Source of the DNA: Bacteroidota bacterium
Lineage (GTDB): Bacteria > Bacteroidota > Bacteroidia > Bacteroidales > FEN-979
Assembly: GCA_037137455.1 (NCBI GenBank)
Contig: JBAXKG010000001.1
Coordinates: 64,418-128,417, forward strand
Reading direction: 5' to 3'
DNA length: 64,000 nucleotides
Part shown: one piece after another, positions 1 through 7,318 of the stretch
Layout: each line of letters starts with the position of its first letter
Numbering within the stretch: position 1 is the stretch's first letter
Made by a program: the position numbers and the translations under genes
The notes under the pieces: generated by a model
What the model was told of the DNA's origin: nothing
Databases searched by the model: none
The model's input: only the letters and a program-made list of their open reading frames with translations

Positions 1-2
1 TT

Positions 3-365
3 GTTGCAGCTGCTATTTCATCAATTGATAATGGCAGAACCGGAGAAAAATATCTTTTGTCGGGACATTGGCACAGTTTGCAAGAGTTTTCAGGCCTGAT
101 TCAATTGCATACCGGGCGAAAAACTGTAAATTCTGTTTTACCAATGTTTATCGCAAAGTTTGGGTTGCCATTTATCACGTTATATAGTAAATTATCAGGA
201 ACAAAACCTCTATATACTAATGAATCGTTGAATATTATTGCAGAGGGCAATCGAATGATCAGCAATACAAAAGCCAGAAATGAATTAAATTTTAACCCAC
301 GTCCTCTGAGTGAAACGATCAAAGACTTATTGAATTGGCTTAAGGCAAATGCAACCATTCATTAA
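3..365 (+). CDS. NAD-dependent epimerase/dehydratase (extended SDR) family protein, C-terminal fragment; the 5' end lies outside the window
   Basis: Frame 3 is open from the window edge (VAAAISSIDNGRTGEKYLLSGHW...) to TAA at 363-365. The C-terminal region resembles dihydroflavonol-reductase/HpnA-like extended SDRs, by recall only. Confidence 0.5.
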   Translation, partial: VAAAISSIDNGRTGEKYLLSGHWHSLQEFSGLIQLHTGRKTVNSVLPMFIAKFGLPFITLYSKLSGTKPLYTNESLNIIAEGNRMISNTKARNELNFNPRPLSETIKDLLNWLKANATIH

Positions 366-376
366 TTGCCCACAAC

Positions 377-1141
377 ATGAGAGAATCTACTTTTTATCTG
401 ATCGTTTATGCTTGGATAGCCATTGCGATTTTTATTTTTCCTTTAGTAATAAGGATAGTAGCGCCATATGGCCGCCATACCACCAGAAAGTGGGGCGCCA
501 TGGTTGACAACAGGACAGGTTGGGTGCTTATGGAATTGCCGGCTTTGCTCGTTTTTGCTGGTTTCTACCTCTTTGGCTCGGGAAGTCATCCCACGGTAAC
601 ATGGATTTTCTTTGGAATGTGGGTATTTCATTATATCAACCGTACCCTGGTTTTTCCTTCCAGGCTTCGTACCAAAGGAAAAAAAATGCCACTTGCCATA
701 GTCTTCATGGCAATCGGATTCAATTTTGTAAATGGATTTTTAAATGGATACTTCCTGGGTTCAATTGCAACTGAGGAACAGTATCCAATTTCATATATGA
801 CTGATCCCCGTTTTATCGGTGGTATTGTTATTTTCTTTTTGGGAATGTTTATCAACTGGCAGTCAGATAATATTCTTATTCATCTGAGGAAGCCTGGAGA
901 AACTGGCTACGTAATTCCACAAAAAGGTTTTTTCCGTATTATTTCATGCCCGAACCATTTTGGTGAACTAGTTGAGTGGTCTGGTTTTGCTTTAATTACA
1001 TGGTGTTCACCTGCGCTTGCTTTTGCTGTTTGGACGTTAGTAAACCTGATGCCCCGTGCATTGCATCACCACAAATGGTATAAAGAAACTTTTCCTGAAT
1101 ATCCCCCCGAACGCAAAGCGCTCATTCCATTTATTCTGTAA
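377..1141 (+). CDS. Steroid 5-alpha-reductase / polyprenol reductase-like membrane protein (3-oxo-5-alpha-steroid 4-dehydrogenase C-terminal domain family)
   Basis: 254-aa polytopic membrane ORF starting 11 nt after the upstream gene. The C-terminal block CPNHFGELVEWSGFAL...HHHKWYKETFPEYP is typical of the SRD5A/DUF1295 superfamily. Confidence 0.7.
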   Translation: MRESTFYLIVYAWIAIAIFIFPLVIRIVAPYGRHTTRKWGAMVDNRTGWVLMELPALLVFAGFYLFGSGSHPTVTWIFFGMWVFHYINRTLVFPSRLRTKGKKMPLAIVFMAIGFNFVNGFLNGYFLGSIATEEQYPISYMTDPRFIGGIVIFFLGMFINWQSDNILIHLRKPGETGYVIPQKGFFRIISCPNHFGELVEWSGFALITWCSPALAFAVWTLVNLMPRALHHHKWYKETFPEYPPERKALIPFIL

Positions 1142-1144
1142 AAC

Positions 1145-1464
1145 ACCGATGGGAACCGCCTCTGGCCGAAGTGGTTCCCATCCCGTTGTCCTGTTGGCCG
1201 TAGCCGACCGGAGCGTTCAAGCTACTGTTATTGTGGTTGAATTACTTAGTTGGGGTGACCCCTTCCCTTTCTTCCTGGCTCTTTTCCTTTGCTGCCCTTG
1301 CGAACCGCTCTGGCGTTGAACCCTGCTTCAAAAACCTGCCTTTTATTAACACTACCCTTGCGGATTATGTCTATTCGTAGCTTGGTCGGGAGTGCTGGTA
1401 CCTTGCGGATCCTACTTTCGCCTTCCTGTTTTTGATGCGGACCTTTTATCGCTCGCTTGAACGC
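1145..1464 (-). ncRNA. Candidate structured non-coding RNA, family not recognised (about 0.3 kb)
   Basis: The gap has no credible ORF. On the minus sense it is purine-rich and carries three GCAA loops, one GAAA loop, C(UUCG)G and C(UACG)G tetraloop hairpins. There is a perfect 10-nt long-range complement (1213-1222 with 1455-1464) and a 7-nt complement (1219-1225 with 1377-1383). A TATATTTG -7 box sits at its 5' edge and a 10-bp hairpin plus U-run at its 3' edge. Confidence 0.45.
1148..1182 (-). terminator. Hairpin with U-run closing the candidate ncRNA; it lies just past the stop of the convergent 377..1141 gene
   Basis: Perfect 10-bp stem gatgggaacc (1148-1157) / ggttcccatc (1173-1182). 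On the minus strand it is followed by GGUGUUUUAC. The loop contains cUUCGg on the minus sense. Confidence 0.45.
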
Positions 1465-1472
1465 CAAATATA
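1465..1472 (-). promoter_or_regulatory. Bacteroidetes -7 promoter box (TATATTTG) for the candidate ncRNA
   Basis: Minus-strand sequence TATATTTG matches TAnnTTTG. TTTG motifs lie upstream at plausible -33 spacing. Confidence 0.4.
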
Positions 1473-1640
1473 CTTTAACTGATTAGCAAAAAGCAAATTT
1501 TTTTTGATACAGATATGAACAATTTTCACACAAAAGTTATTAACAATTTGTTAATAACTAAAGTTTTTTAACTATCTTAGAACTAGGCCTTGAGGATAGT
1601 TAAAATCACAGGGGTGAAAAAAAAGTTAAAAACCTGTTAA

Positions 1641-1913
1641 TTACTCAATAGAAACGGTCAAACCGCGTAAAACCATCTGATCACCAAGAGGCTTGATTTC
1701 GGTATAGTCCCCTGCTTTTACACTACATTTCCCTTTAAAATGAGCTATCATAGCGCATTGTTCTGCTTGTTCCGGTTCGTGATCACAAACCTCTATCAGA
1801 GATTGGATTACAAAATCGAAAGTATTTATTTCATCATTAAAGAGAATAAGGTTACGGAGAATAGCCGAGCTATCCTGTGATATTATGGATGGTTTGTATT
1901 TCGGTTTGACCAT
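1641..1913 (-). CDS. clpS: ATP-dependent Clp protease adaptor ClpS
   Basis: 90-aa ORF with the ClpS core LFNDEINTFDFVIQSLIEVCDHEPEQAEQCAMIAHFKGKCSVKAG. Confidence 0.9.
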   Translation of the reverse strand: MVKPKYKPSIISQDSSAILRNLILFNDEINTFDFVIQSLIEVCDHEPEQAEQCAMIAHFKGKCSVKAGDYTEIKPLGDQMVLRGLTVSIE

Positions 1914-1932
1914 AAAGGTGGGTTTTAATGAG

Positions 1933-1940
1933 CAAAATTA
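1933..1940 (-). promoter_or_regulatory. -7 promoter box (TAATTTTG) upstream of clpS
   Basis: Matches TAnnTTTG on the minus strand, 19 nt before the clpS ATG. Confidence 0.4.
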
Positions 1941-1963
1941 CAAATAATCTGGGTTCAAACGTT

Positions 1964-1971
1964 TACCTTTG
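1964..1971 (+). promoter_or_regulatory. -7 promoter box (TACCTTTG) upstream of the NUDIX gene
   Basis: Matches TAnnTTTG, 21 nt before the ATG at 1993. The motif overlaps the TTG at 1969, which argues for the 1993 start. Confidence 0.4.
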
Positions 1972-1992
1972 GTTAGATATTCCAATTGGTTT

Positions 1993-2634
1993 ATGGAGTT
2001 TACAGAATTTATCCTATTACTTGAAGATCGCCTGAAGAAGCCACTTCCGGGCAAATTTGCTCAATTGAAGATGTCTTCTTTAGCGAAAGTTCAAAAGTTG
2101 ATTAATTTTCAGCCACCTTCGGATGCAACACAGAGCAGTGTTTTAATTTTGTTCTACCCTATTGAAGATGGAATTGGTCTTGCATTGATTCAGCGTCCAG
2201 AATACCAGGGAATTCATGGAGGGCAGATCAGTTTGCCAGGTGGAAAGTACGAGGAGAGTGATGAAAGTTTAATTTTTACTGCATTACGCGAAGCGAAGGA
2301 AGAGATTGGAATTGATCCGACTCAAATTCAGATCATCGGGCAACTTACTGAGTTGTACATTCCTCCAAGCCATTTCCTTGTTACCCCAGTCGTTGGGTAT
2401 CAGGCCTCAAAGCCAACGTTTACGGCTGATCCTAAAGAAGTAGCACGGATTATAGAAATACGCCTGACCGATTTAATGGATGAAAAAAGATATCAGATGA
2501 AAAAAATGAAACTAAAACTCGGATTTTCCCTTAAAGTACCAACCTATAATATCGATGACAATACCATCTGGGGCGCTACAGCCATGATTTTAAGTGAGTT
2601 ATTAGAGGTAATCAGGGATATCAATGGAAAATAG
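1993..2634 (+). CDS. NUDIX hydrolase (CoA pyrophosphatase-like)
   Basis: Nudix box GGQISLPGGKYEESDESLIFTALREAKEEIGI. The start was moved to the ATG at 1993 (MEFTEF...) because of the promoter position. Confidence 0.8.
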   Translation: MEFTEFILLLEDRLKKPLPGKFAQLKMSSLAKVQKLINFQPPSDATQSSVLILFYPIEDGIGLALIQRPEYQGIHGGQISLPGGKYEESDESLIFTALREAKEEIGIDPTQIQIIGQLTELYIPPSHFLVTPVVGYQASKPTFTADPKEVARIIEIRLTDLMDEKRYQMKKMKLKLGFSLKVPTYNIDDNTIWGATAMILSELLEVIRDINGK

Positions 2635-2638
2635 AAAA

Positions 2639-3757
2639 CTACTTAATGCTGTTTTTTGTGAAGCAGAATGATCCGGGAATTCTTCCTGTGACAAATTGTC
2701 GGATAAGGGTGCCTTTTACACTATATTGAAATGCAGCGCCATTCTGCACATAATCTTTGGCATCGCTGACGTAGATATTCCCTGTATTCGGATGAACTGC
2801 CAGCCCATAAAAAAGTCGTCCGTCAGAAGGTATAAGGGGTTGATCGGGCAATGTATTTGATGTTATTGGCATTTGAAACACTCCGCCTTTGATATAATAT
2901 ATTGTATCCCCAGATGAATTAATACATAAGCGGCTGGGAACTTCTTTGGGATTAGGGAAGGTCAATACTTTTTCGACCTCGCGCGACTCGGGGTTGATCT
3001 GAATAAGCGAAGGCGCCTCATAATTATCATAACCACCTGAACACAATACCCAAACCTTTTTATTAATATCGATCACGATTCCAACGGGTTCTTTGCCTGT
3101 TTGTATGCTATCGACGATGGAATCAGTTTGAGTGTCAATAACAAAAACCTGTGCTTTTCGCCTGGAACTAGGTTCATTGAAATTACCAATTGAATTAACA
3201 AGCATATATTTATCGAACATCAGAAGATTTTCTGTCCAGGTTGATGTTTGAATAGCGCCGGTCACTGAATTATTCCTTAGATCAATAATTGAAATATTAT
3301 TCTGAAGATTCGTAGCGTAAGCTTTATCAGAATTTACAACCTCAATATAGCGGGGAGAAAAAAGACCGGTAATTGATTTAATTGATTTAAAATCTTTGAG
3401 TGAAACGACTTCAATGCGGTTGGAGTTGTTTATTACCAGATAACCGAGGTTCCGGATAATTTTCATTGATTCAGCTACATCCCCCAGGCTTCTGGCATTT
3501 GACTTCATGAAGATGTCGTGGATTAACGTATTATTTTTATTATCCAGGAAGTTCACAGAGGCATTGCCCCAGTTATAATTTCCCTCGTTGATTATAAAAA
3601 TTCCATTTTCATAAGTCAGAGGTGTAGGTGTAGATTCGGAGGGGTCAATAATTTTTAAACGAACCGGATTTTTAGAGCAGGATGAGTTGATCAGGGAGAG
3701 GATGAGAATTGAGCAAAAAAACTGTAAACAAAATAGGGTATTAATTAATCTATTCAC
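2639..3757 (-). CDS. YncE-like / DUF5074-like beta-propeller surface lipoprotein
   Basis: Signal peptide with lipobox (LINSSC). Repeated blade-like segments and the NEGNYNWGNASV motif. The gene lies immediately downstream of a TonB-dependent receptor. Confidence 0.6.
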   Translation of the reverse strand: MNRLINTLFCLQFFCSILILSLINSSCSKNPVRLKIIDPSESTPTPLTYENGIFIINEGNYNWGNASVNFLDNKNNTLIHDIFMKSNARSLGDVAESMKIIRNLGYLVINNSNRIEVVSLKDFKSIKSITGLFSPRYIEVVNSDKAYATNLQNNISIIDLRNNSVTGAIQTSTWTENLLMFDKYMLVNSIGNFNEPSSRRKAQVFVIDTQTDSIVDSIQTGKEPVGIVIDINKKVWVLCSGGYDNYEAPSLIQINPESREVEKVLTFPNPKEVPSRLCINSSGDTIYYIKGGVFQMPITSNTLPDQPLIPSDGRLFYGLAVHPNTGNIYVSDAKDYVQNGAAFQYSVKGTLIRQFVTGRIPGSFCFTKNSIK

Positions 3758-3780
3758 TTTCAGCTGATTTGATAAAAATA

Positions 3781-5778
3781 TTATTGTTTTCGGGGGTTAG
3801 TAAAAAAAAGTTTAAAAGTAAAAGCGTAATTTATTCCTGGCATTGGCCGACTTGCGATTGATTGATAATCCAAATTTAATAGATTATTAATTTCAAATTG
3901 TAAAGATAGCATAAAATTTTTCAAACTAATATTTTTACCCAGAATAATATTCGATATGTCGTAAGCGGGCATATAAGACAAGTTGTCTTTCCCTGTATAT
4001 CTGTTACTTATGAACGAAAAATTATAGATGGCATAAAATTTCCAGCGTTCCAGTGAAACAGTTGAATTGAAGGTATGGACCGGAACATAAATCAACTGTT
4101 TGCCAATTTTATTATCGTTTGACAGGTTGGTTTTTTCATAGGTAGAGCGGCAGAAGTTGTAATTATTTTTGAGGCCGATATTAAAATGCAGGATTTCCCA
4201 ACTTACATTCAATCCTGCTTCAATACCCCTGGCAAGAACTTCATCGATATTTTCGGGCTTCCACAGGTTACTTCCTGCAACGGGCAGCCAGGTAATCATG
4301 TCATAAATCCAGGAAAAGTAACCGGTGAGGCTAGCTTCAATGAAAAGTCTGCTTTTTTTTGTTTTAAAATTAAATGTTGATCCTAATTCTGTAGTATAGT
4401 TTGTTTCGGGTTTCAAATCGGGATTCCCTGAAAGTTCCCAAAACATATCATTCAGTGTAGGGTAGCGATAATTTCTTGCAAAGTTCGATGAAAAGGCAAG
4501 GTTAATTTTGTTGAATGGCCGGTACTCTGCTCCTATTGCCGGTACAATCGGAATGAATTTCCCATCGATGAGTTCCTGGCGTAGTATCAATGATGTATTG
4601 ATTTTTTTTCCGATATTATAGTTAATTTCGATAAAAAAACTTGCAGTACTGCGGGTTTTCAATCCATTGTAAGAGTCAGAATAAACCCAATCGTAGGTAT
4701 AATCCACCCCGGGTTTGAAAGTGAAGTTGTGTATTCTGTTATATGAAAACCTTATACGGTTTATAAAGGAATAGCATTGATATTTTGCATTAATTGAGGT
4801 TCCCTTAATATAGTTCATGTATTGAGATACCAAGGCAGACCTGACCAAAAGGTTATAGTTCTTCTCTACGTATTTATATTCCATAATAGCCCTAAGTGCA
4901 TTGTCTTTCTGCGATTCATCATTGTTGATATCAGCATTAGTTGCAGCGGATGGCAGGTTCCTAATGTTATTATTGTACCAGACTTTGGCGGAAAACAGAT
5001 GTTTATCATGAAGTTTGTAGAAAAACTCTTGTGAAATATCATAGTAAATATTTGATGCATTGTTTTGTTGCATGACCTCCCCTTTATCATTTTTATAATG
5101 GAAATCATTCAAGGCAGTGGAAAAATTAAATTTCGTGTGTGATTGAAATGCTTTATTACCAGCCGTTGCACTAACATTAGTTGTATAACTATCGAAACTT
5201 GCAATTGATTGTGCCAGGGTGGCGTTAAAGAGATTATTCCAATCGGGGCTGGTTACCAAATCAATAACTCCCCCAAAGGCACCACTTGTGCGGGAAATTC
5301 CAGCAGCGCCGTATAAGATTTCAAGTCCATCAAATTGAGAGACCTGGATTTGTGAAAAATCAATCTGGCCGAGCATTGGAGAATTTAGATTGATCCCATT
5401 CCATTCAACCTGAGTATGTTGTGCTGTAGTCCCTCTGAAAGATGAGGTAGACAGCGTGTTATTTCCATATGATTTAATGAAAATTGTGGAGTGTTGCGAA
5501 AGTATGGTTGATAAATTGGCATTCACTTGTGGTACTAAGATGGAAGAATCTATTTTTGTTCTTTTAAACCCTTGGTTATCAAGAATAAAATTCGATTTGA
5601 TCTCAAATTCCGGCAGGCTTAAAGTGTCTTTAAGGTTTTGGGCTATGACACCAACAGGCTGGGAAAGAAAACTAACAGAAACCAGAAAAAAAATGGCGTA
5701 TTTGCTAAATGTCGTCAAATTAACGCGGCTACTGAGAAGTTTGATATTTGATAATTTTTTTTGTAATGGAATTTCCAT
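3781..5778 (-). CDS. TonB-dependent outer-membrane receptor (small, about 665 aa; not SusC-type)
   Basis: Signal peptide, plug-domain motifs (FRGTTAQHTQVEWNGINLNSP) and a long beta-barrel region with alternating aromatic strands. Confidence 0.85.
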   Translation of the reverse strand: MEIPLQKKLSNIKLLSSRVNLTTFSKYAIFFLVSVSFLSQPVGVIAQNLKDTLSLPEFEIKSNFILDNQGFKRTKIDSSILVPQVNANLSTILSQHSTIFIKSYGNNTLSTSSFRGTTAQHTQVEWNGINLNSPMLGQIDFSQIQVSQFDGLEILYGAAGISRTSGAFGGVIDLVTSPDWNNLFNATLAQSIASFDSYTTNVSATAGNKAFQSHTKFNFSTALNDFHYKNDKGEVMQQNNASNIYYDISQEFFYKLHDKHLFSAKVWYNNNIRNLPSAATNADINNDESQKDNALRAIMEYKYVEKNYNLLVRSALVSQYMNYIKGTSINAKYQCYSFINRIRFSYNRIHNFTFKPGVDYTYDWVYSDSYNGLKTRSTASFFIEINYNIGKKINTSLILRQELIDGKFIPIVPAIGAEYRPFNKINLAFSSNFARNYRYPTLNDMFWELSGNPDLKPETNYTTELGSTFNFKTKKSRLFIEASLTGYFSWIYDMITWLPVAGSNLWKPENIDEVLARGIEAGLNVSWEILHFNIGLKNNYNFCRSTYEKTNLSNDNKIGKQLIYVPVHTFNSTVSLERWKFYAIYNFSFISNRYTGKDNLSYMPAYDISNIILGKNISLKNFMLSLQFEINNLLNLDYQSIASRPMPGINYAFTFKLFFTNPRKQ

Positions 5779-6754
5779 CTTTCAATGAAAAGCTGGCAAG
5801 GTAAATACCTGCAGGGAACGATGACATGTCGAGAGTAGCTAACCTGGAAATTTCAGATTCAATAAGTACATTGCCTTCGATATCAGTGATTTTAAAATTA
5901 ACACAATTGAACAAATGTGAATCAAAAGTGACTTTATTTATAACCGGATTCGGGTAAATACAAACAGATGACATATCAGATAAATTATTTGTGCCCTGTG
6001 TTTTGTTATGTATCACACCGATTGCATCGAGATCAAAACCTCCGGTATCAAATGGTGTTGGCCAGGGATCATTTACAATATTGCCTTGTGAATCGAAAGT
6101 TGAATATGGGGTTTGTATGCATCCACCAACATCAACGATCCTTATCTGTGAGATATGGTTTAAATCGATTCCTGAACTATCTTTGATATCTGTAAGATCA
6201 AAAGGGGTTCCAAATCCTTGCCTGTATTTTCCAGCAAGGTTATTGATTTTAGTAGCATCAACCAACCCAAAAGTGCCTACTTGTTCATTTTCAGAAGTAA
6301 GAGAAACCGCTGGAAACCTCACAAAGCGAATTCCGTCAGAGCTCACCTCAACAAAGGCAAGTTCAAGAAAAGAATCACTAAATGAATTTTCGAATACAGC
6401 AAAATCAGGACCGGGGCGATCAACGATTGGTATATCGAATGTAAGCAAGGCTGTTCCGTTGTCGCCAAGGCTAACCACCAGTCCATCGGCCGGGCCGCTG
6501 CCCAACAGGTAGCTTCCATAGGTGGCTTTATTGTTCCCATTATATAAAAAATTGGTATCGGCCATGTTGATAAATCCTCTTTCGATTTTGCAGGTAGAAG
6601 CCCAACTTACAAAGGCTAAACTATCCATATACATAGCAGTGGTACCTGGTTGACCGGCAGGTGGAGGGTATTGTGCTTTAATGCTGGTTGAAAATAACAA
6701 TCCGATGAAAAACAAAAAGAAGCTTAGCTCAAATATTTTCATTCTTTCACTCAT
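5729..6754 (-). CDS. Secreted cell-surface protein with a T9SS C-terminal sorting domain
   Basis: N-terminal signal peptide. The C-terminal roughly 80 aa (VCIYPNPVINKVTF...AGIYLASFSL...) has a type-A Por/T9SS sorting-domain pattern. The 3' end overlaps the TBDT start by 50 nt. Confidence 0.6.
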   Translation of the reverse strand: MSERMKIFELSFFLFFIGLLFSTSIKAQYPPPAGQPGTTAMYMDSLAFVSWASTCKIERGFINMADTNFLYNGNNKATYGSYLLGSGPADGLVVSLGDNGTALLTFDIPIVDRPGPDFAVFENSFSDSFLELAFVEVSSDGIRFVRFPAVSLTSENEQVGTFGLVDATKINNLAGKYRQGFGTPFDLTDIKDSSGIDLNHISQIRIVDVGGCIQTPYSTFDSQGNIVNDPWPTPFDTGGFDLDAIGVIHNKTQGTNNLSDMSSVCIYPNPVINKVTFDSHLFNCVNFKITDIEGNVLIESEISRLATLDMSSFPAGIYLASFSLKDGNSITKKIIKYQTSQ

Positions 6755-6770
6755 TTCATACTTAGCTTCG

Positions 6771-6778
6771 CAAATGTA
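6771..6778 (-). promoter_or_regulatory. -7 promoter box (TACATTTG) upstream of the T9SS-protein/TBDT/propeller operon
   Basis: Matches TAnnTTTG on the minus strand, 16 nt before the ATG at 6754. Confidence 0.35.
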
Positions 6779-6835
6779 ATTTGTTTTTGGATAATATATG
6801 ACCGGATCTAAATCGAGCCGGATTTCATAAACTGA

Positions 6836-7318
6836 TTAATCGGGCGTTTCATAAAATTCTTTATGGTCAGGATAGTACATCGATTGCTTCGATTTGTCCG
6901 GAGGAAATGTGAAAAATGTAATTAAGCCACTGGCACACAATATTTCATTCTTATCATATAAACAAACCTCTATGTCGGCAAGGTTCCTTCTCATCTGTTT
7001 GACTTTTGCACGCAAAGTAATTGGTCCCTGGTCCATCCCGACAGGTTTTAAGTAACGAAATTCGGCTTTTGAGGTAAATCCTGAGGTTTTAACCTTGACA
7101 TAAACAGTCCAGCTTGCTATTTCATCCATTAAAGTTGCCTGGATACCACCGTGCAGGATATTAAAATAACCCTGGAAATTTTTATCAGGATTCCAGTGAC
7201 TTACAATTTCATCGTTTTCTTCAATGAATGTCAGATGCAATCCAAGCGGGTTATGAGGCGAACAACCGAAGCAATTGTAACCTTCAAGTCGTGAAAATGG
7301 ATTCCTGAGGTTTTTCAT
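6836..7318 (-). CDS. PaaI-family (hotdog fold) thioesterase
   Basis: 160 aa with an N-terminal CFGC zinc-ribbon-like motif and the FNILHGGIQATLMDE hotdog motif. Its start overlaps the rimO stop by 4 nt. Confidence 0.7.
   Translation of the reverse strand: MKNLRNPFSRLEGYNCFGCSPHNPLGLHLTFIEENDEIVSHWNPDKNFQGYFNILHGGIQATLMDEIASWTVYVKVKTSGFTSKAEFRYLKPVGMDQGPITLRAKVKQMRRNLADIEVCLYDKNEILCASGLITFFTFPPDKSKQSMYYPDHKEFYETPD

Noticed and set aside
1145-1464. Assigning the candidate RNA to RNase P, tmRNA, SRP RNA, 6S RNA or a cobalamin riboswitch
   Set aside because: By eye it lacks the RNase P GGAAAGUCC and GUAAGAGC conserved regions. It also lacks a tmRNA tRNA-like 3' end (GGUUCGAnUCC...CCA) and tag ORF, and the SRP GGAA tetraloop with AGCAGC. 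It is too long for a typical 6S RNA. A GAGCCAGGAAGA stretch only loosely resembles a B12 box, and no downstream gene lies on that strand. A covariance-model search is still needed.
1056-1467. ORFs 1056..1319 (+, 87 aa) and 1246..1467 (-, 73 aa) lying across the GC-rich gap
   Set aside because: The translations are low-complexity (Pro/Leu/Cys-rich or Lys/Arg/Gly-rich) with no start context or recognisable motif. They overlap each other and the tetraloop-rich region, so the region is better explained as RNA or non-coding.
1566-1605. The hairpin downstream of clpS as an intrinsic terminator
   Set aside because: The 11-bp AU-rich stem has an 18-nt loop and no U-run follows it on the minus strand, so support for classical terminator function is weak.
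5991-6512. 173-aa plus-strand ORF inside the T9SS surface-protein gene, and similar antisense or alternate-frame ORFs at 34124..34516, 42504..42974, 50741..51361, 49700..50092, 55783..56220, 56693..57172 and 17933..18307
   Set aside because: All lie within longer ORFs that carry clear family motifs. None has independent motif support or a promoter box, so they are typical shadow frames.
6755-6835. A cobalamin riboswitch upstream of the TonB-receptor operon
   Set aside because: Only 81 nt separate the operon from the upstream gene. The -7 box leaves a leader of about 16 nt, and no B12-box or conserved riboswitch stems are visible.
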